Below, in pieces: positions 51,656-62,272 of a stretch of 64,000 nucleotides of DNA. Source of the DNA: Sideroxydans sp. (lineage in GTDB: Bacteria > Pseudomonadota > Gammaproteobacteria > Burkholderiales > Gallionellaceae); NCBI GenBank assembly GCA_029850585.1, contig JARCRQ010000012.1, positions 6,130 to 70,129 of the forward strand. The letters run 5' to 3'. Under the pieces are notes generated by a model. It was not told where the DNA came from, did no database searches, and saw nothing but the letters and a program-made list of their open reading frames with translations. Both the position numbers and the translations under genes were made by a program. Position 1 is the first letter of the stretch. Each line of letters opens with the position of its first letter.

Positions 51656-52720
51656 TTAGGGGTGGCGTACGCGCCATAAATGCAGCAATAACAACAAGGG
51701 AAAAGCCAGCGTGATGGTTTGCGCGAGCCCGTTGTAGTTGAGTAAGTGTCCGTAATGCCAATGATAAATCGACATCGCGGCGGCGGGAGTTCCGCTGTCT
51801 AAAATGCCGTGTGCGACCAGCAGATAGGCGAGGCTGATGAGTGCGGCGACGCGCGCTAACATTACAACATTGAGGGTGCGCATCATCACCAGCAGCACAC
51901 TGCCCAACAGGATGCCTAGCATGGCTTCGCTGTTGACCCACAGCAATATCGCGGACGATTTTAGCAACACCGCAGCGGTGCTAAATTTCAGCAAAGCTAC
52001 GCTGCCTAGCAACGCTAATAAAATTAGTATCAGCTGATTTTTATTGCGCAATAGTGTGAGCAACAGCGCGCCTAACATCAATAAATTGAGTAACACGGCG
52101 ATGCTTTCCCAAGCATCAAATGGGCTGGATTTCATCGCGGCAAAGGGTTGATGGTCGAGCGCGCTGATAAACACATTGCCCAACATCGGCAAGCTCGGAT
52201 TGCATTGTCCAAACATCCACAAGGCGAGCAACGCCAAGCCGAAATCCATCGTTTTGCCCTGCCTAAAAATCTGCTCGCGTCTATGCGCGAGCGCGTCATA
52301 CAGACCTGTCCAACGAATCACACTCAATGCCAACAGCGCGCCTAAAAAAGAGCCACTGGCGTTGGTGAGCAAATCCAAATTTGAACTGGTGCGACTGGGC
52401 AAATACATCTGCAAAAATTCCATGCTGGCGGACAGTGCCAAGCCTAAACAACACGCCAAGAGCAAACTCGTTAACACACCCCAACGCGCCCGCAAGGTCA
52501 AGCCCAGCAACAGTCCTAGCGGGATATAAGCCAGCACATTGAGCAACGCGTCGAAGCCAGTGTAGGTTTGCAGCAAGGGTTGTTGCAGCACCTCGCTGAA
52601 GCTAAACGCCGCGTCGCGCCAGCCTGTGAAAGGCGACAAACTGGCGTACACGATGAACAAACAATAGCCAAACAACAGCCATAAACGTAAGCGCGCAGGT
52701 GTGCTAGGGAGGTTAGCCAT
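51656..52720 (-). CDS. VanZ family membrane protein
   Basis: LNVLAYIPLG, MEFLQ.YLPSR...DLLTN motifs. Confidence 0.8.
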   Translation of the reverse strand: MANLPSTPARLRLWLLFGYCLFIVYASLSPFTGWRDAAFSFSEVLQQPLLQTYTGFDALLNVLAYIPLGLLLGLTLRARWGVLTSLLLACCLGLALSASMEFLQMYLPSRTSSNLDLLTNASGSFLGALLALSVIRWTGLYDALAHRREQIFRQGKTMDFGLALLALWMFGQCNPSLPMLGNVFISALDHQPFAAMKSSPFDAWESIAVLLNLLMLGALLLTLLRNKNQLILILLALLGSVALLKFSTAAVLLKSSAILLWVNSEAMLGILLGSVLLVMMRTLNVVMLARVAALISLAYLLVAHGILDSGTPAAAMSIYHWHYGHLLNYNGLAQTITLAFPLLLLLHLWRVRHP

Positions 52721-52836
52721 GAGTAGGTATGCAGACGGGGCGGCGATGAGAACTGCTTGCCGTATTCAATAAACGATTTTGCATGGCGGGATTTTAACCC
52801 AATCAAAAGCCGCACTCGCTAGCGGCATTGAAAACC

Positions 52837-52928
52837 TCGCTCGATAAATCAAGCCCCCACAGATTCTGTGTTCACCCCAAAATTGGCTGATGAAATGAAG
52901 TTTGTAGGAGGCCGATTTATCGGGCGAT
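52837..52928. repeat. REP doublet, copy A
   Basis: TCGCTCGATAAATCAAGCCCCCAC ... GTAGGAGGCCGATTTATCGGGCGAT. Confidence 0.75.
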
Positions 52929-53009
52929 AACTCCCCCCAAAAACCTCACGCGACAAGTCACTCGCTTACGTTGCGCCCAATGCAGCAACAAGGTGCTGTT
53001 AAGCAGGCT

Positions 53010-54662
53010 TTAATTCCCAGCTAGTTGTATCGGCAGATACATCATAAAATTTGTGCCGTTACTAGTCGATTGCCAATCTACTGCCCCACCTATCGCTTCG
53101 GCGCGGCGCACTTGATTGGACAAGCCTTTGCCGCCGCGCTGCAAAGCGGCGGATACCACAAAGCCTTGCCCGTTATCCAAAATCGACACCAGCACGCGTT
53201 CGCCGACCACGCTGGTCGCGACGCGAATTTCACTCGCATTGCTATGTTTGATGATATTGGTAAAACTCTCTTGCAGGATGCGCATGATATGCAGCGCGTT
53301 TTTCGGGTCTAGCCACAGCAGCGCGGGGATATCTTGCACTTCCCACTTGAGGCGGATGCCCGTGCTTTCTAAACGCGGCTCAAGGCGGAAACGAAACGTC
53401 GCGAGCAACAACAGCAAATCTGGCTCTGCGGTTTCCATTGAATCTATCGCCAATTTGAGATCGTCAATACAGCCTTTCAGCACTTCGGCAACCGCGACCT
53501 CGTCCATTTGCCCATATTCCACCACGCGCAGCGCGCTGACCAGCGACGAGCCTAGTCCATCATGCATATCCTGCATCAAGCGTTGCCGCTCTTGGCTAAG
53601 CGTCTGACGTTGTTCAATGTCACGCAAACGTCTGCCACTCTCCGCCAGCTCTGCCTCGCGTTGACGATGCTCGCTAATATCTTGCAGCGTGCTAAATAGT
53701 TTGTGCGGCTGCCCCGCCGTATCAAAGCTCATCCGCCCCAAGGCGCGCAACCAACGCACTTGCTGATTATCGTAACGAATAATGCGATAGGAAATATCGA
53801 ACACGCCGCTCTTGTTAGCGATGCTTTGTTCTAAGTAAGTCTGCATCAGTTGATTGTCATCTGGATGGTCAAGTTGAGCGAGAGCGGTGAGCGTCGTCTC
53901 GTAACTTTTATCAATGCCGTGCATCTGAAAAATGGCATCGGAGCCTTGCCAGCGTCCCGTCTGAATATCTAAAACGTAACTCCCCAAACCTGCTATCAGC
54001 TGCGCCTCTCTAAGAAATTCTTCGCTTTCACGCAAGCGTTCCAAGCTGCCCATCAACTGCAAACGTAAATCAATTGAAGCGCGAATGGTGCGCGCATTGT
54101 TGCGTGCCACGCCCAACATAGTGAGCAAATATAAAATCGTCGCCATCGCCAAATAATCGAAAGTTGTCATCCCGATCAACCAAAATTTGGATGCCATGCC
54201 TAAGGCAACGGGTATCCCAAATGCCATATACACAGGCAGTACGGGCGACAACAAAGACGGCGCGCCCCCCACAATGGCTGCCATAACAGACACCACCAAA
54301 ATGCTGCTAGTCAAACTGCTGCTATCCATGGTGAGCCAAGGCAACATTGCCCAAAGCAAGCCATCCACACCACGCATCACAACAAACTGCCGCGCCACTC
54401 GCCGCGCTTGCGCAAGCTCAATCCCTAGCTTGAGGTAATGTTGTGCCTGGAAAAATCCAATCAGACTAGACAGCAGCACCATCGCCCACCACCACATAAA
54501 AACGGGAGCATTTTGTTCAGTCACCGCAGACAGCCACATCAACAAGGAAATCAATACGGCAGAGAACACGAAGTTGTGCGCATGGCTGAGCAAAGCGAGC
54601 AGTTGCTGCACCAAGACGCAATCATCATCGAACTGGAGCGAGAACTTAAAGGGCGTATTCAT
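53010..54662 (-). CDS. membrane sensor histidine kinase (TM, PAS, HisKA_3, HATPase)
   Basis: ERQRLMQDMHDGLG, ESFTNIIKH, DNGQGF, GKGLSN motifs. The upstream ORF extension is REP sequence. Confidence 0.9.
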   Translation of the reverse strand: MNTPFKFSLQFDDDCVLVQQLLALLSHAHNFVFSAVLISLLMWLSAVTEQNAPVFMWWWAMVLLSSLIGFFQAQHYLKLGIELAQARRVARQFVVMRGVDGLLWAMLPWLTMDSSSLTSSILVVSVMAAIVGGAPSLLSPVLPVYMAFGIPVALGMASKFWLIGMTTFDYLAMATILYLLTMLGVARNNARTIRASIDLRLQLMGSLERLRESEEFLREAQLIAGLGSYVLDIQTGRWQGSDAIFQMHGIDKSYETTLTALAQLDHPDDNQLMQTYLEQSIANKSGVFDISYRIIRYDNQQVRWLRALGRMSFDTAGQPHKLFSTLQDISEHRQREAELAESGRRLRDIEQRQTLSQERQRLMQDMHDGLGSSLVSALRVVEYGQMDEVAVAEVLKGCIDDLKLAIDSMETAEPDLLLLLATFRFRLEPRLESTGIRLKWEVQDIPALLWLDPKNALHIMRILQESFTNIIKHSNASEIRVATSVVGERVLVSILDNGQGFVVSAALQRGGKGLSNQVRRAEAIGGAVDWQSTSNGTNFMMYLPIQLAGN

Positions 54663-54743
54663 TGGGGGGCTGGGGTTAAGAGTGGCAGTGGGGTTTGGGT
54701 GATGGTGTGGGCGCGCGACGGATGATAGCAACATCAAAAAACA

Positions 54744-54832
54744 TCGCTCGATGAATCGAGCTCCCACAACTTGGTGTTCCTTCAAAAATCAGCGGATGAA
54801 TAGATTCGTAGGAGGCCGACTTGTCGGGCGAT
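54744..54832. repeat. REP doublet, copy B
   Basis: TCGCTCGATGAATCGAGCTCCCAC ... GTAGGAGGCCGACTTGTCGGGCGAT; homologous to copy A. Confidence 0.75.
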
Positions 54833-54863
54833 TGCTGCACGACCACAAACACTACAACAGCAA

Positions 54864-55538
54864 TTATTTTGCCAACAAACGCTGATAGCGCGCTTCATAA
54901 ATGGCTTCGGTTTTGGAATTGACTTCGAGCTTTTCATAAATACGGCGCACATAGGTGCGTATTGTGTGGCGCGACACACCCAATTGCTGCGCAATTTCTG
55001 GGGTCGAATAGCCTTTGGTGAGATGTTCCAGCACCACTTGCTCGCGTGCGGACAACAACGCGGGGGTTTTATCGGCAAGGCGTGCAGGTGCGGCAGCTTG
55101 GTGAAAGCGCGTGAGCACTTGCCTAGCAATAAGCGGACTGATGGGGCTGCCGCCCGCGAACAAGCTGCGTATCTCAAAAATCATATTGTCAGGCGCGCTA
55201 TCTTTCAGCAGATACCCCGTCGCCCCCGCCTCGACCGAGCGCATCACATGCGTTTCATCGCCAAACGCGGTGCTGACCATGATGTTGCAATCAGGCCATT
55301 GTCGATGCGCCGCCGCAATCACGTCGATGCCCGACCCATCGGGCAAGCCCAAATCGACCAACAACACATCGGCAATCAGCTCATCCAGCATGTGCAACGC
55401 CAGCGCGCGCGTCCCAACCACCTTGACCAAGCTCATATCGGGCGCGCTGTGCATGGCATGGATGAGGTCATTCTGAAAATTAGCATCATCTTCCACTAGT
55501 GCCACACGAATGATGGGATTTTTAAGCGTTGTTTGCAT
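54864..55538 (-). CDS. NarL/LuxR family response regulator
   Basis: VEDD, LVDLGLPDG, GYLLK, LSAREQ..HTH motifs. Confidence 0.93.
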   Translation of the reverse strand: MQTTLKNPIIRVALVEDDANFQNDLIHAMHSAPDMSLVKVVGTRALALHMLDELIADVLLVDLGLPDGSGIDVIAAAHRQWPDCNIMVSTAFGDETHVMRSVEAGATGYLLKDSAPDNMIFEIRSLFAGGSPISPLIARQVLTRFHQAAAPARLADKTPALLSAREQVVLEHLTKGYSTPEIAQQLGVSRHTIRTYVRRIYEKLEVNSKTEAIYEARYQRLLAK

Positions 55539-55608
55539 TGCTTGCTACCTAGATTTTGTACGCACACTTTGACGCGCTCAAATTTTGCCACACATTATCC
55601 ATCGAGCT

Positions 55609-55628
55609 TGTCATCCATTTGGGGGACA
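55609..55628. promoter_or_regulatory. candidate response-regulator operator
   Basis: Imperfect palindrome TGTCATCC-ATTT-GGGGGACA between the divergent genes. Confidence 0.4.
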
Positions 55629-55714
55629 TACCGCGCGACGTGACATGGTTATTGTGCCAGTCGTAACACACGGTAAAAATTTGTTTCATTCACTTAACGA
55701 TAAGGAAATACAAA

Positions 55715-57097
55715 ATGTTCACTGACTCGATTTCTCATCCTCAAGCGTTGCGCGGATTGAGCGTTAGCTTGCTCGCCGCTGCCAGCGTTGCACTCACCGC
55801 GTGCGGCGGTGGCAGTTCGCCAGCACCTACGCAAGCCGCCCCCACTTACACCATCAGCGGCACGGTCACGGGGCTTACTGCGGGCAAAACTGTGGTACTG
55901 AACAACAACGGGACGGACACACTGACGATTAAGGCAAACGGTGCGTTTAGCTTTGCTACGCCATTAGCCAGTGCTGCGGCTTACCAAGTGAACGTGAGCA
56001 GTGCCACGCAAAATTGTGCGGTCACCAGTGCTGCGGCAGGCACAGTGGCAGCCGCGAATATCAGTAACGTGGCGGTCAATTGTGGCTTGGATACGTTCAC
56101 TGCGACGGGTGCGATGGTCGGCGCACGTTACGACTCGACTTTCACCACCCTAGCTGATGGACGCATCTTGATGACAGGTGGCTCTACCACAGCAGGAACG
56201 GGTATTGCCACTGCGGAACTGTACGACCCTGCGCTCGGCACTTGGAAGGCAGCCGCTGCGATGAGTATCCCCCGCTCCAGTCGTCCCACCGCCACGCTGT
56301 TACCTAACGGTAATGTCTTAGTGGCAGGCGGACGAGATGCAGCGGGAGCATCGGTCGCCAGTGCGGAAATCTACAACCCTAAATTAAATACTTGGACAGT
56401 CGCTGCACCTATGTTGTCGCCACGCTCCGATACCACCGCCACCTTGTTGAGCAATGGCAAAGTGCTGGTTAGTGGGGGATATAATACAAACGCGGTGGCA
56501 CCGACCCTAGCAACTGAACTGTATGACCCAGCCTTAAACAAATGGACGGCTACAGGCACAATGAATATCGCGCGCTCTAGCCATAACGCCACGCTGTTAG
56601 CCAATGGCAAAGTGTTGGTGAATGGCGGAGCAGCTGGCATGATTGCCGAGTTGTACGACCCGACCAAAGGCACATGGACTGCAACTAAAGGCGCAATGAC
56701 TTACGCTCCCTTCTATTACCACAGCAACACCTTGCTCGCCAACGGCAAAGTACTGACCTGCGGTGGCACTGACCTAGGGGCATACTTCTCGGCGTGTTCT
56801 TTATACGACCCCCTGGCAGATAGTTGGACAGCCGCACCAACACTCGCAGTTACGCACGCTTTTCACAGCGCAACACGATTGGCTAATGGCAAAGTGCTGA
56901 TTGCGGGTGGGTTCAACGGCGCATTTCTAAACACTACTGAGTTGTATGACCCTATCGCCAACACCATGACAGCAGCAGTCGCTCTTCCCACTCCACGTTC
57001 TTCACACATGGCGACGTTACTTGGTAATGGCAAGGTATTGATCAGTGGCGGAAATACTGGCACGGTCGTAACAACCACCAGTGACTTGTATTGGTAA
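55715..57097 (+). CDS. Kelch-repeat (7-blade) lipoprotein with an N-terminal Ig-like domain
   Basis: Lipobox LTAC; seven W..M..R...TLL.NGKVL..GG...ELYDP repeats. Confidence 0.88.
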   Translation: MFTDSISHPQALRGLSVSLLAAASVALTACGGGSSPAPTQAAPTYTISGTVTGLTAGKTVVLNNNGTDTLTIKANGAFSFATPLASAAAYQVNVSSATQNCAVTSAAAGTVAAANISNVAVNCGLDTFTATGAMVGARYDSTFTTLADGRILMTGGSTTAGTGIATAELYDPALGTWKAAAAMSIPRSSRPTATLLPNGNVLVAGGRDAAGASVASAEIYNPKLNTWTVAAPMLSPRSDTTATLLSNGKVLVSGGYNTNAVAPTLATELYDPALNKWTATGTMNIARSSHNATLLANGKVLVNGGAAGMIAELYDPTKGTWTATKGAMTYAPFYYHSNTLLANGKVLTCGGTDLGAYFSACSLYDPLADSWTAAPTLAVTHAFHSATRLANGKVLIAGGFNGAFLNTTELYDPIANTMTAAVALPTPRSSHMATLLGNGKVLISGGNTGTVVTTTSDLYW

Positions 57098-57123
57098 GTT
57101 TTAGCCTCTCGTTTTAGAACCAC

Positions 57124-57150
57124 AAGAAGCCCGCGCAAGCGGGCTTCTTT
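57124..57150. terminator. bidirectional terminator
   Basis: AAGAAGCCCGC-GCAA-GCGGGCTTCTTT. Confidence 0.88.
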
Positions 57151-57170
57151 ACGTCCCTATGCAACTCTAA

Positions 57171-59543
57171 TTAAGGCTGCGCGCCCAATTTGCGCCAAGT
57201 TTCTAACAAACTATCGGGGTTCAGCGACATCGTTTGTATGCCTTGTTGCATCAGCCATTGCGCGAAATCGAAATGATCGGACGGGCCTTGGCCGCAAATT
57301 CCGACGTATTTGTTCAGTCGGTTGCAGGTGCTAATCGCCATACTCAGTAAGGCTTTCACGGCGGGGTCGCGTTCGTCGAATCTATCCGCGACTAAACTGG
57401 AATCTCTATCTAAGCCCAAGGTGAGTTGAGTTAAATCGTTCGAGCCTATCGAGAAGCCGTCGAAGTATTGTAGGAATTCTTCGGCGAGCAGCGCGTTGGA
57501 GGGAATCTCGCACATCATAATTAAACGCAAGCCGTTTTCGCCTCGGCGCAAGCCTTGCGCCGCCAGCATTTCCACCACCTCACGCGCCTCGCTGACGGTG
57601 CGTACAAAGGGAATCATCACCTCGACATTTTTGTAACCCAAGTCATCGCGCACTTTTTTCATGGCGCGACATTCGAGTACAAAACAGTCGCGGAATGTTT
57701 TGGCAACGTAACGCGCCGCGCCGCGAAAACCGATCATGGGATTTTCTTCCAGCGGTTCGTACAAGTCGCCCCCCAATAATTTTCGGTATTCGTTGGACTT
57801 GAAATCAGACATCCGCACGATGACGGGACGCGGCCAAAAAGCTGCGGCTAAAGTGGCAATTCCCTCGCTGAGTTTGTCCACATAAAAACTCACTGGATCG
57901 GCATAGCCGCTGGTTTTTGCTAGCACTTGCTCGCGCAATTCGGCAGGCAATTTATGGCATTCCAACACCGCTTTGGGATGGATGCCGATGAGGTTGTTGA
58001 TGACGAATTCCAAGCGCGCCAAACCGATACCCGCAGAGGGCAACGCGGCAAATTCAAACGCCAGCGCGGGGTTGCCTACGTTGAGCATTAGCTTCACGGC
58101 AAGCTCAGGCAGTGGCGAGTTATCGAGCCGCTGCTCGGTGAAATTCAAACGGCCGCGATAGACGTAGCCCGTGTCGCCTTCCGCGCAGGAGGCGGTGACT
58201 AGCTCGTTGTCAGTTAACGCTTGGGTGGCATTGCCGCAACCGACGATGGCAGGGATGCCTAACTCGCGCGCGATGATGGCGGCATGACAGGTGCGACCGC
58301 CGCGATTGGTGATGATGGCAGCGGCTTTTTTCATCACCGGCTCCCAGTTGGGATCAGTCATGTCGGTGACCAGCACATCGCCCGCTTGCACCTTGTGCAT
58401 CTCGCTAAGGTTGGCAACCCGCCGCACCACCCCTGCGCCGATTTTTTGCCCGATGGCGCGACCTTCCACGAGGATTTCACCGCTTTGTTGCAGCACGAAT
58501 TTAGTCGCGCCGCCTGATTGTTTTAAGTGCGCTTGCGATTGCACGGTTTCAGGTCGCGCCTGCAAAATATACAGCTTGCCATCCACGCCATCTTTGCCCC
58601 ACTCGATGTCCATCGGACGACCGTAATGTTGCTCAATTGCCATCGCGTGTTTCGCCAGTAGCAACACTTCCGCGTCACTTAAAGAAAACTGTTTGCGCAA
58701 ATTTTCTGGCACGTCTTCGATGCGTGTGGAACGTCCAGCAGCACGCTCGGTATTGAAGACCATGCGTTGTTGTTTAGAACCCAAACTGCGTCGGATTAAA
58801 GCGGGAAAACCTGCGACGAGTTGCGGCTTATGTACATAAAATTCATCGGGATTGACCGCACCCTGCACCACCATTTCGCCCAAACCGTAAGACGAAGTAA
58901 TGAACACCGCATCGCGAAATCCCGACTCGGTATCCAGCGTAAACATCACGCCCGCCGCACCCAAATCGGCGCGCACCATGCGTTGCACACCCGCCGACAA
59001 AGCCACGCTGCTGTCGTGATAGCCGGTATGCACACGGTAGGAAATCGCTCGGTCGTTGTACAACGACGCGAACACTTCATGGATGGCGTGGAGAATATTT
59101 TCGATGCCGTGGATGTTCAAAAAAGTTTCCTGCTGCCCCGCAAAAGAAGCATCGGGCAAATCTTCTGCGGTCGCCGACGAGCGCACCGCAAAGCTGCCGT
59201 CGCCGTCTGCCGCGAGTTGCGCATAGTGATGGCGTATCGCTTGTTCCAGCGGGGCTGGCAAGGGCGTATTGATAATCCAGCCACGTATTTCTGCGCCCGC
59301 TTTGGCGAGTGCCACCACGTCATCCACATTGAGCGTAGTCAGCGTCTGCGCGATACGCGCAGACAAACCGCTGTCGTCTAAAAATTCTTGATACGCACTC
59401 GCAGTGGTGGCGAAACCGCCCGGCACGAGTACGCCCGCCGCCGCCAAGTGTTGAATCAGCTCGCCCAGCGAAGCATTTTTTCCGCCGACATCGCGCAGGT
59501 CGGCGAGGCTTAAAAATTGGAATGGAAGCACATAATTTTGCAT
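57171..59543 (-). CDS. ppsA: phosphoenolpyruvate synthase
   Basis: [36 protein letters not shown] motifs. Confidence 0.97.
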   Translation of the reverse strand: MQNYVLPFQFLSLADLRDVGGKNASLGELIQHLAAAGVLVPGGFATTASAYQEFLDDSGLSARIAQTLTTLNVDDVVALAKAGAEIRGWIINTPLPAPLEQAIRHHYAQLAADGDGSFAVRSSATAEDLPDASFAGQQETFLNIHGIENILHAIHEVFASLYNDRAISYRVHTGYHDSSVALSAGVQRMVRADLGAAGVMFTLDTESGFRDAVFITSSYGLGEMVVQGAVNPDEFYVHKPQLVAGFPALIRRSLGSKQQRMVFNTERAAGRSTRIEDVPENLRKQFSLSDAEVLLLAKHAMAIEQHYGRPMDIEWGKDGVDGKLYILQARPETVQSQAHLKQSGGATKFVLQQSGEILVEGRAIGQKIGAGVVRRVANLSEMHKVQAGDVLVTDMTDPNWEPVMKKAAAIITNRGGRTCHAAIIARELGIPAIVGCGNATQALTDNELVTASCAEGDTGYVYRGRLNFTEQRLDNSPLPELAVKLMLNVGNPALAFEFAALPSAGIGLARLEFVINNLIGIHPKAVLECHKLPAELREQVLAKTSGYADPVSFYVDKLSEGIATLAAAFWPRPVIVRMSDFKSNEYRKLLGGDLYEPLEENPMIGFRGAARYVAKTFRDCFVLECRAMKKVRDDLGYKNVEVMIPFVRTVSEAREVVEMLAAQGLRRGENGLRLIMMCEIPSNALLAEEFLQYFDGFSIGSNDLTQLTLGLDRDSSLVADRFDERDPAVKALLSMAISTCNRLNKYVGICGQGPSDHFDFAQWLMQQGIQTMSLNPDSLLETWRKLGAQP

Positions 59544-59624
59544 GGCGGACTCCTAGCTGGGGGGCGATGAGGTTGCGCATAGTAGCGCGCTTAGCTGCGC
59601 TGAAAATCTTAATCCCGCAAAATT

Positions 59625-60521
59625 TTAGCCGCGTGGATGGTGGTCGTGATGCAGTTGCTTGAGGCGTTGGCGGGCAACGTGCGTGTAGATTTGCGTGGTG
59701 GAAATATCGCTGTGACCCAGCAGCATTTGCACCACGCGCAAGTCCGCGCCGTGATTGAGCAAGTGGGTGGCGAAAGCATGGCGCAAGGTGTGCGGCGACA
59801 GCGCGATTGGTACCTCACCACGTTGCGCATATTTTTTAATCAAGTACCAAAACATTTGCCGCGTCATGGCATCGCGGCGATTGGTGATGAACATCGCGTC
59901 ACAACTTTTTTGCCCTAACAACACAGGGCGGGCATCAGCGAGATAGCGCGTCAGCCAGTCCAAGGCAACTTCGCCTAGCGGCACGACGCGCTCCTTGCTG
60001 CCCTTGCCCATCACGCGCACCAAGCCGCCATTCAAATCCACTTGCGTGACCAATAAACCCACCAGCTCGGAGACGCGCAAGCCTGTTGCATAGAGCACTT
60101 CTAGCATGGTGCGGTCGCGTAAACCTAACGGCGTTTGTGTGTTGGGCGCATTCAATAACAACTCGACGTCTCCCTCCGCAATACTTTTTGGCAAAGTGTG
60201 CGGCAGCTTAGGCGTGTCGATATTCAAGGTTGGATCGACGCTGATTTTGCGTTCGCGCAATAGGTAGCGGAATAAGCGTTTTAGGCTGGACAGGGTGCGG
60301 CTGCTGGAGCTGGCTTTGGCGTGTTGCTGCTGAAATAAATGGGCGAGATAGGCTTGCATATCGGCGTGACTGGCATCCAATAAAGCCTTGCCGTTAAAGG
60401 CTTGCAGCCAGTCGGCGAATTTAATTAAGTCACGCCGATAGCTATCCAGCGTGTTACGCGACAAGCGATCTTCCAACCATAGCGCGTCGAAAAATTCGTC
60501 TAGGAGTTCGGTGTTATTCAT
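59625..60521 (-). CDS. xerD: tyrosine recombinase XerD
   Basis: LYATGLRVSEL, GKGSKER, SPHTLRHAFATH, LGHSDISTTQIY motifs. Confidence 0.95.
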   Translation of the reverse strand: MNNTELLDEFFDALWLEDRLSRNTLDSYRRDLIKFADWLQAFNGKALLDASHADMQAYLAHLFQQQHAKASSSSRTLSSLKRLFRYLLRERKISVDPTLNIDTPKLPHTLPKSIAEGDVELLLNAPNTQTPLGLRDRTMLEVLYATGLRVSELVGLLVTQVDLNGGLVRVMGKGSKERVVPLGEVALDWLTRYLADARPVLLGQKSCDAMFITNRRDAMTRQMFWYLIKKYAQRGEVPIALSPHTLRHAFATHLLNHGADLRVVQMLLGHSDISTTQIYTHVARQRLKQLHHDHHPRG

Positions 60522-60550
60522 CTACGCTGGTGTCGGATTTGAGAAGCTGT

Positions 60551-60611
60551 TGTGGGAGCGAGCAAAGCTCGCGATTTTTATTTTAATTCGCGAGCTTTGC
60601 TCGCTCCTACA
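60551..60611. repeat. REPIN (inverted REP doublet)
   Basis: GTGGGAGCGAGCAAAGCTCGCGA-N13-TCGCGAGCTTTGCTCGCTCCTAC. Confidence 0.85.
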
Positions 60612-60632
60612 TTTGATTCGCGGCAAAAAAAT

Positions 60633-61097
60633 TCATAACGCGCTTTCATGCTGCAACAGCCAGCGTTTGATGTTCAATTCATCGCCGTCGGTATGGCGCA
60701 TAAAGCCACCCAAGCCCGTTTTACTAACCACGCGATGGCAAGGAATAATCAGTGCGATGGGGTTTGCACCGCAGGCTTGCCCGATGGCTTGCGATGCCGA
60801 ACCTAACGCCTTTGCCAGCTCGCCATATTGCCGTGTTGCGCCGCGTGGAATATCCAACAAAGCGCGCCAAACTTTCTGCTGATGAAGCGTGCCCTGCGGC
60901 GCGAGTAGCACATCAAATACCGTGTCGGGATTGCGCAAATAATCGCGCAATTGTGCGCACACTTTATCGGCAATTTCATTCGTCGCCGCTTGCGGTGCGA
61001 TGCTCAACGGCAAAAACTCTAAACCCAGCAAAGCCACGTCGCTGCAAAGAATGGCGAGCATAGCGAAAGGTGTTTTAAGGATGGCTTGATATTTCAT
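60633..61097 (-). CDS. ogt: methylated-DNA-protein-cysteine methyltransferase
   Basis: IPCHRV active-site motif. Confidence 0.93.
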   Translation of the reverse strand: MKYQAILKTPFAMLAILCSDVALLGLEFLPLSIAPQAATNEIADKVCAQLRDYLRNPDTVFDVLLAPQGTLHQQKVWRALLDIPRGATRQYGELAKALGSASQAIGQACGANPIALIIPCHRVVSKTGLGGFMRHTDGDELNIKRWLLQHESAL

Positions 61098-61126
61098 AAG
61101 GCGCGCATCTTAACGCAACAGGCAAT

Positions 61127-61156
61127 AAAAAACGGGAGCCGTAGCTCCCGTTTTTT
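61127..61156. terminator. bidirectional terminator
   Basis: AAAAAACGGGAGC-CGTA-GCTCCCGTTTTTT. Confidence 0.85.
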
Positions 61157-61336
61157 ACTGCGAAAACTTTGCACGATTCAGTGTGTCGTTTCGTAAGGAA
61201 AGTTGAATAGGGTGAAACTCACTGCGGCTCAAAAAAGAATTCGAGTCTGACCCCATCACTTGCGCACTCCCCCTCGGCTGGCTTCAGTTTACTTGCTTAA
61301 ATCATTGCGATCCGTTCGATTTTCAATCGAGTTAAT

Positions 61337-62137
61337 TCATTGCTTGTTTTTACCTAATCGTATCGCTTCACGAATCGCCTGCACCACAGCCTCTGGCTTT
61401 TCCAGCGGAATAGCATGCCCGCTTTCCACCCACATCTGCTTTGCCCCGGGATAGAGGCGGGCGATGTCTTTGCGTTTTTCGTTGGCATCATCAGCGACAG
61501 ATGAATGTTCTGTCAGAGGCTCTGCCGCGCTTAATACAAAGACTGGTAGATTCGATGGCACTGGCAGGCTCAATACTTGTTCACCTGTGCGGGACAGCAG
61601 TGCCAACTCTTCTTCAGCAACACCCGTCACCATGATTCCCAATGCTGTTCGCACCCATAGGGATTGATTCTCTAGTGCACCTACTCCCTCAAGTTGTTTT
61701 GGATGGGTCGAGTCAATCAATATCAATGCACTCACTTCTTCAGGGTAGCGACGTGCGAAGAGCTGCATGTACAGCCCGCCTAGAGAATGGCCTACTAGCA
61801 CATAAGGTGGAGTAAGTCCCTTGCCACGCAGTAGTGCTCGCAATTCGTCCACGATATGTGCGCCATCACGCGGCATTGCGGTTGCCTCACTCGCCCCTAA
61901 GCCAGGGCGGTTGTAGGCAAACGTAGTGGTGTCGGCAGAAATCTGCGGTAAGACTTTTTCCCACCATTCCATCCGTCCACCCAAACCGTTCTCGAATACC
62001 ACGCTCTGCGTGTCATGTCGCGTCATCGCGAACTCGACTTTGCGCTCCCCCACTTTTTCCACGCTTCTGTTCAGTAGGGATGCGCAGCCAGACAGCATAA
62101 GTAACGTGAATGCAATGATTGCTAATTTGATTTTCAA
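61337..62137 (-). CDS. alpha/beta hydrolase lipoprotein
   Basis: Lipobox LSGC, FENGLGG, VGHSLGG motifs; likely TTG start with GGGG RBS (ORF-track start is 62203). Confidence 0.8.
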   Translation of the reverse strand: MKIKLAIIAFTLLMLSGCASLLNRSVEKVGERKVEFAMTRHDTQSVVFENGLGGRMEWWEKVLPQISADTTTFAYNRPGLGASEATAMPRDGAHIVDELRALLRGKGLTPPYVLVGHSLGGLYMQLFARRYPEEVSALILIDSTHPKQLEGVGALENQSLWVRTALGIMVTGVAEEELALLSRTGEQVLSLPVPSNLPVFVLSAAEPLTEHSSVADDANEKRKDIARLYPGAKQMWVESGHAIPLEKPEAVVQAIREAIRLGKNKQ

Positions 62138-62272
62138 TTTATGCCCCTGTACAAAAATATATTGTAAAAAATCGTAGGCTGGCGGTAAGCAATGCGAATT
62201 CATGCTTGTTGATTTTTCCTAACGCTGGAACTCGGACCTCGCCACCAGCCGATTCAACCCAGTTGGTAGGCA

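Noticed and set aside
54663-54785. N-terminal extension of the sensor kinase
   Set aside because: It runs through REP copy B and low-complexity sequence.
59625-60521. xerD as the integrase for the attC cassette
   Set aside because: It has standard XerD length and motifs and lacks the IntI-specific insertion.
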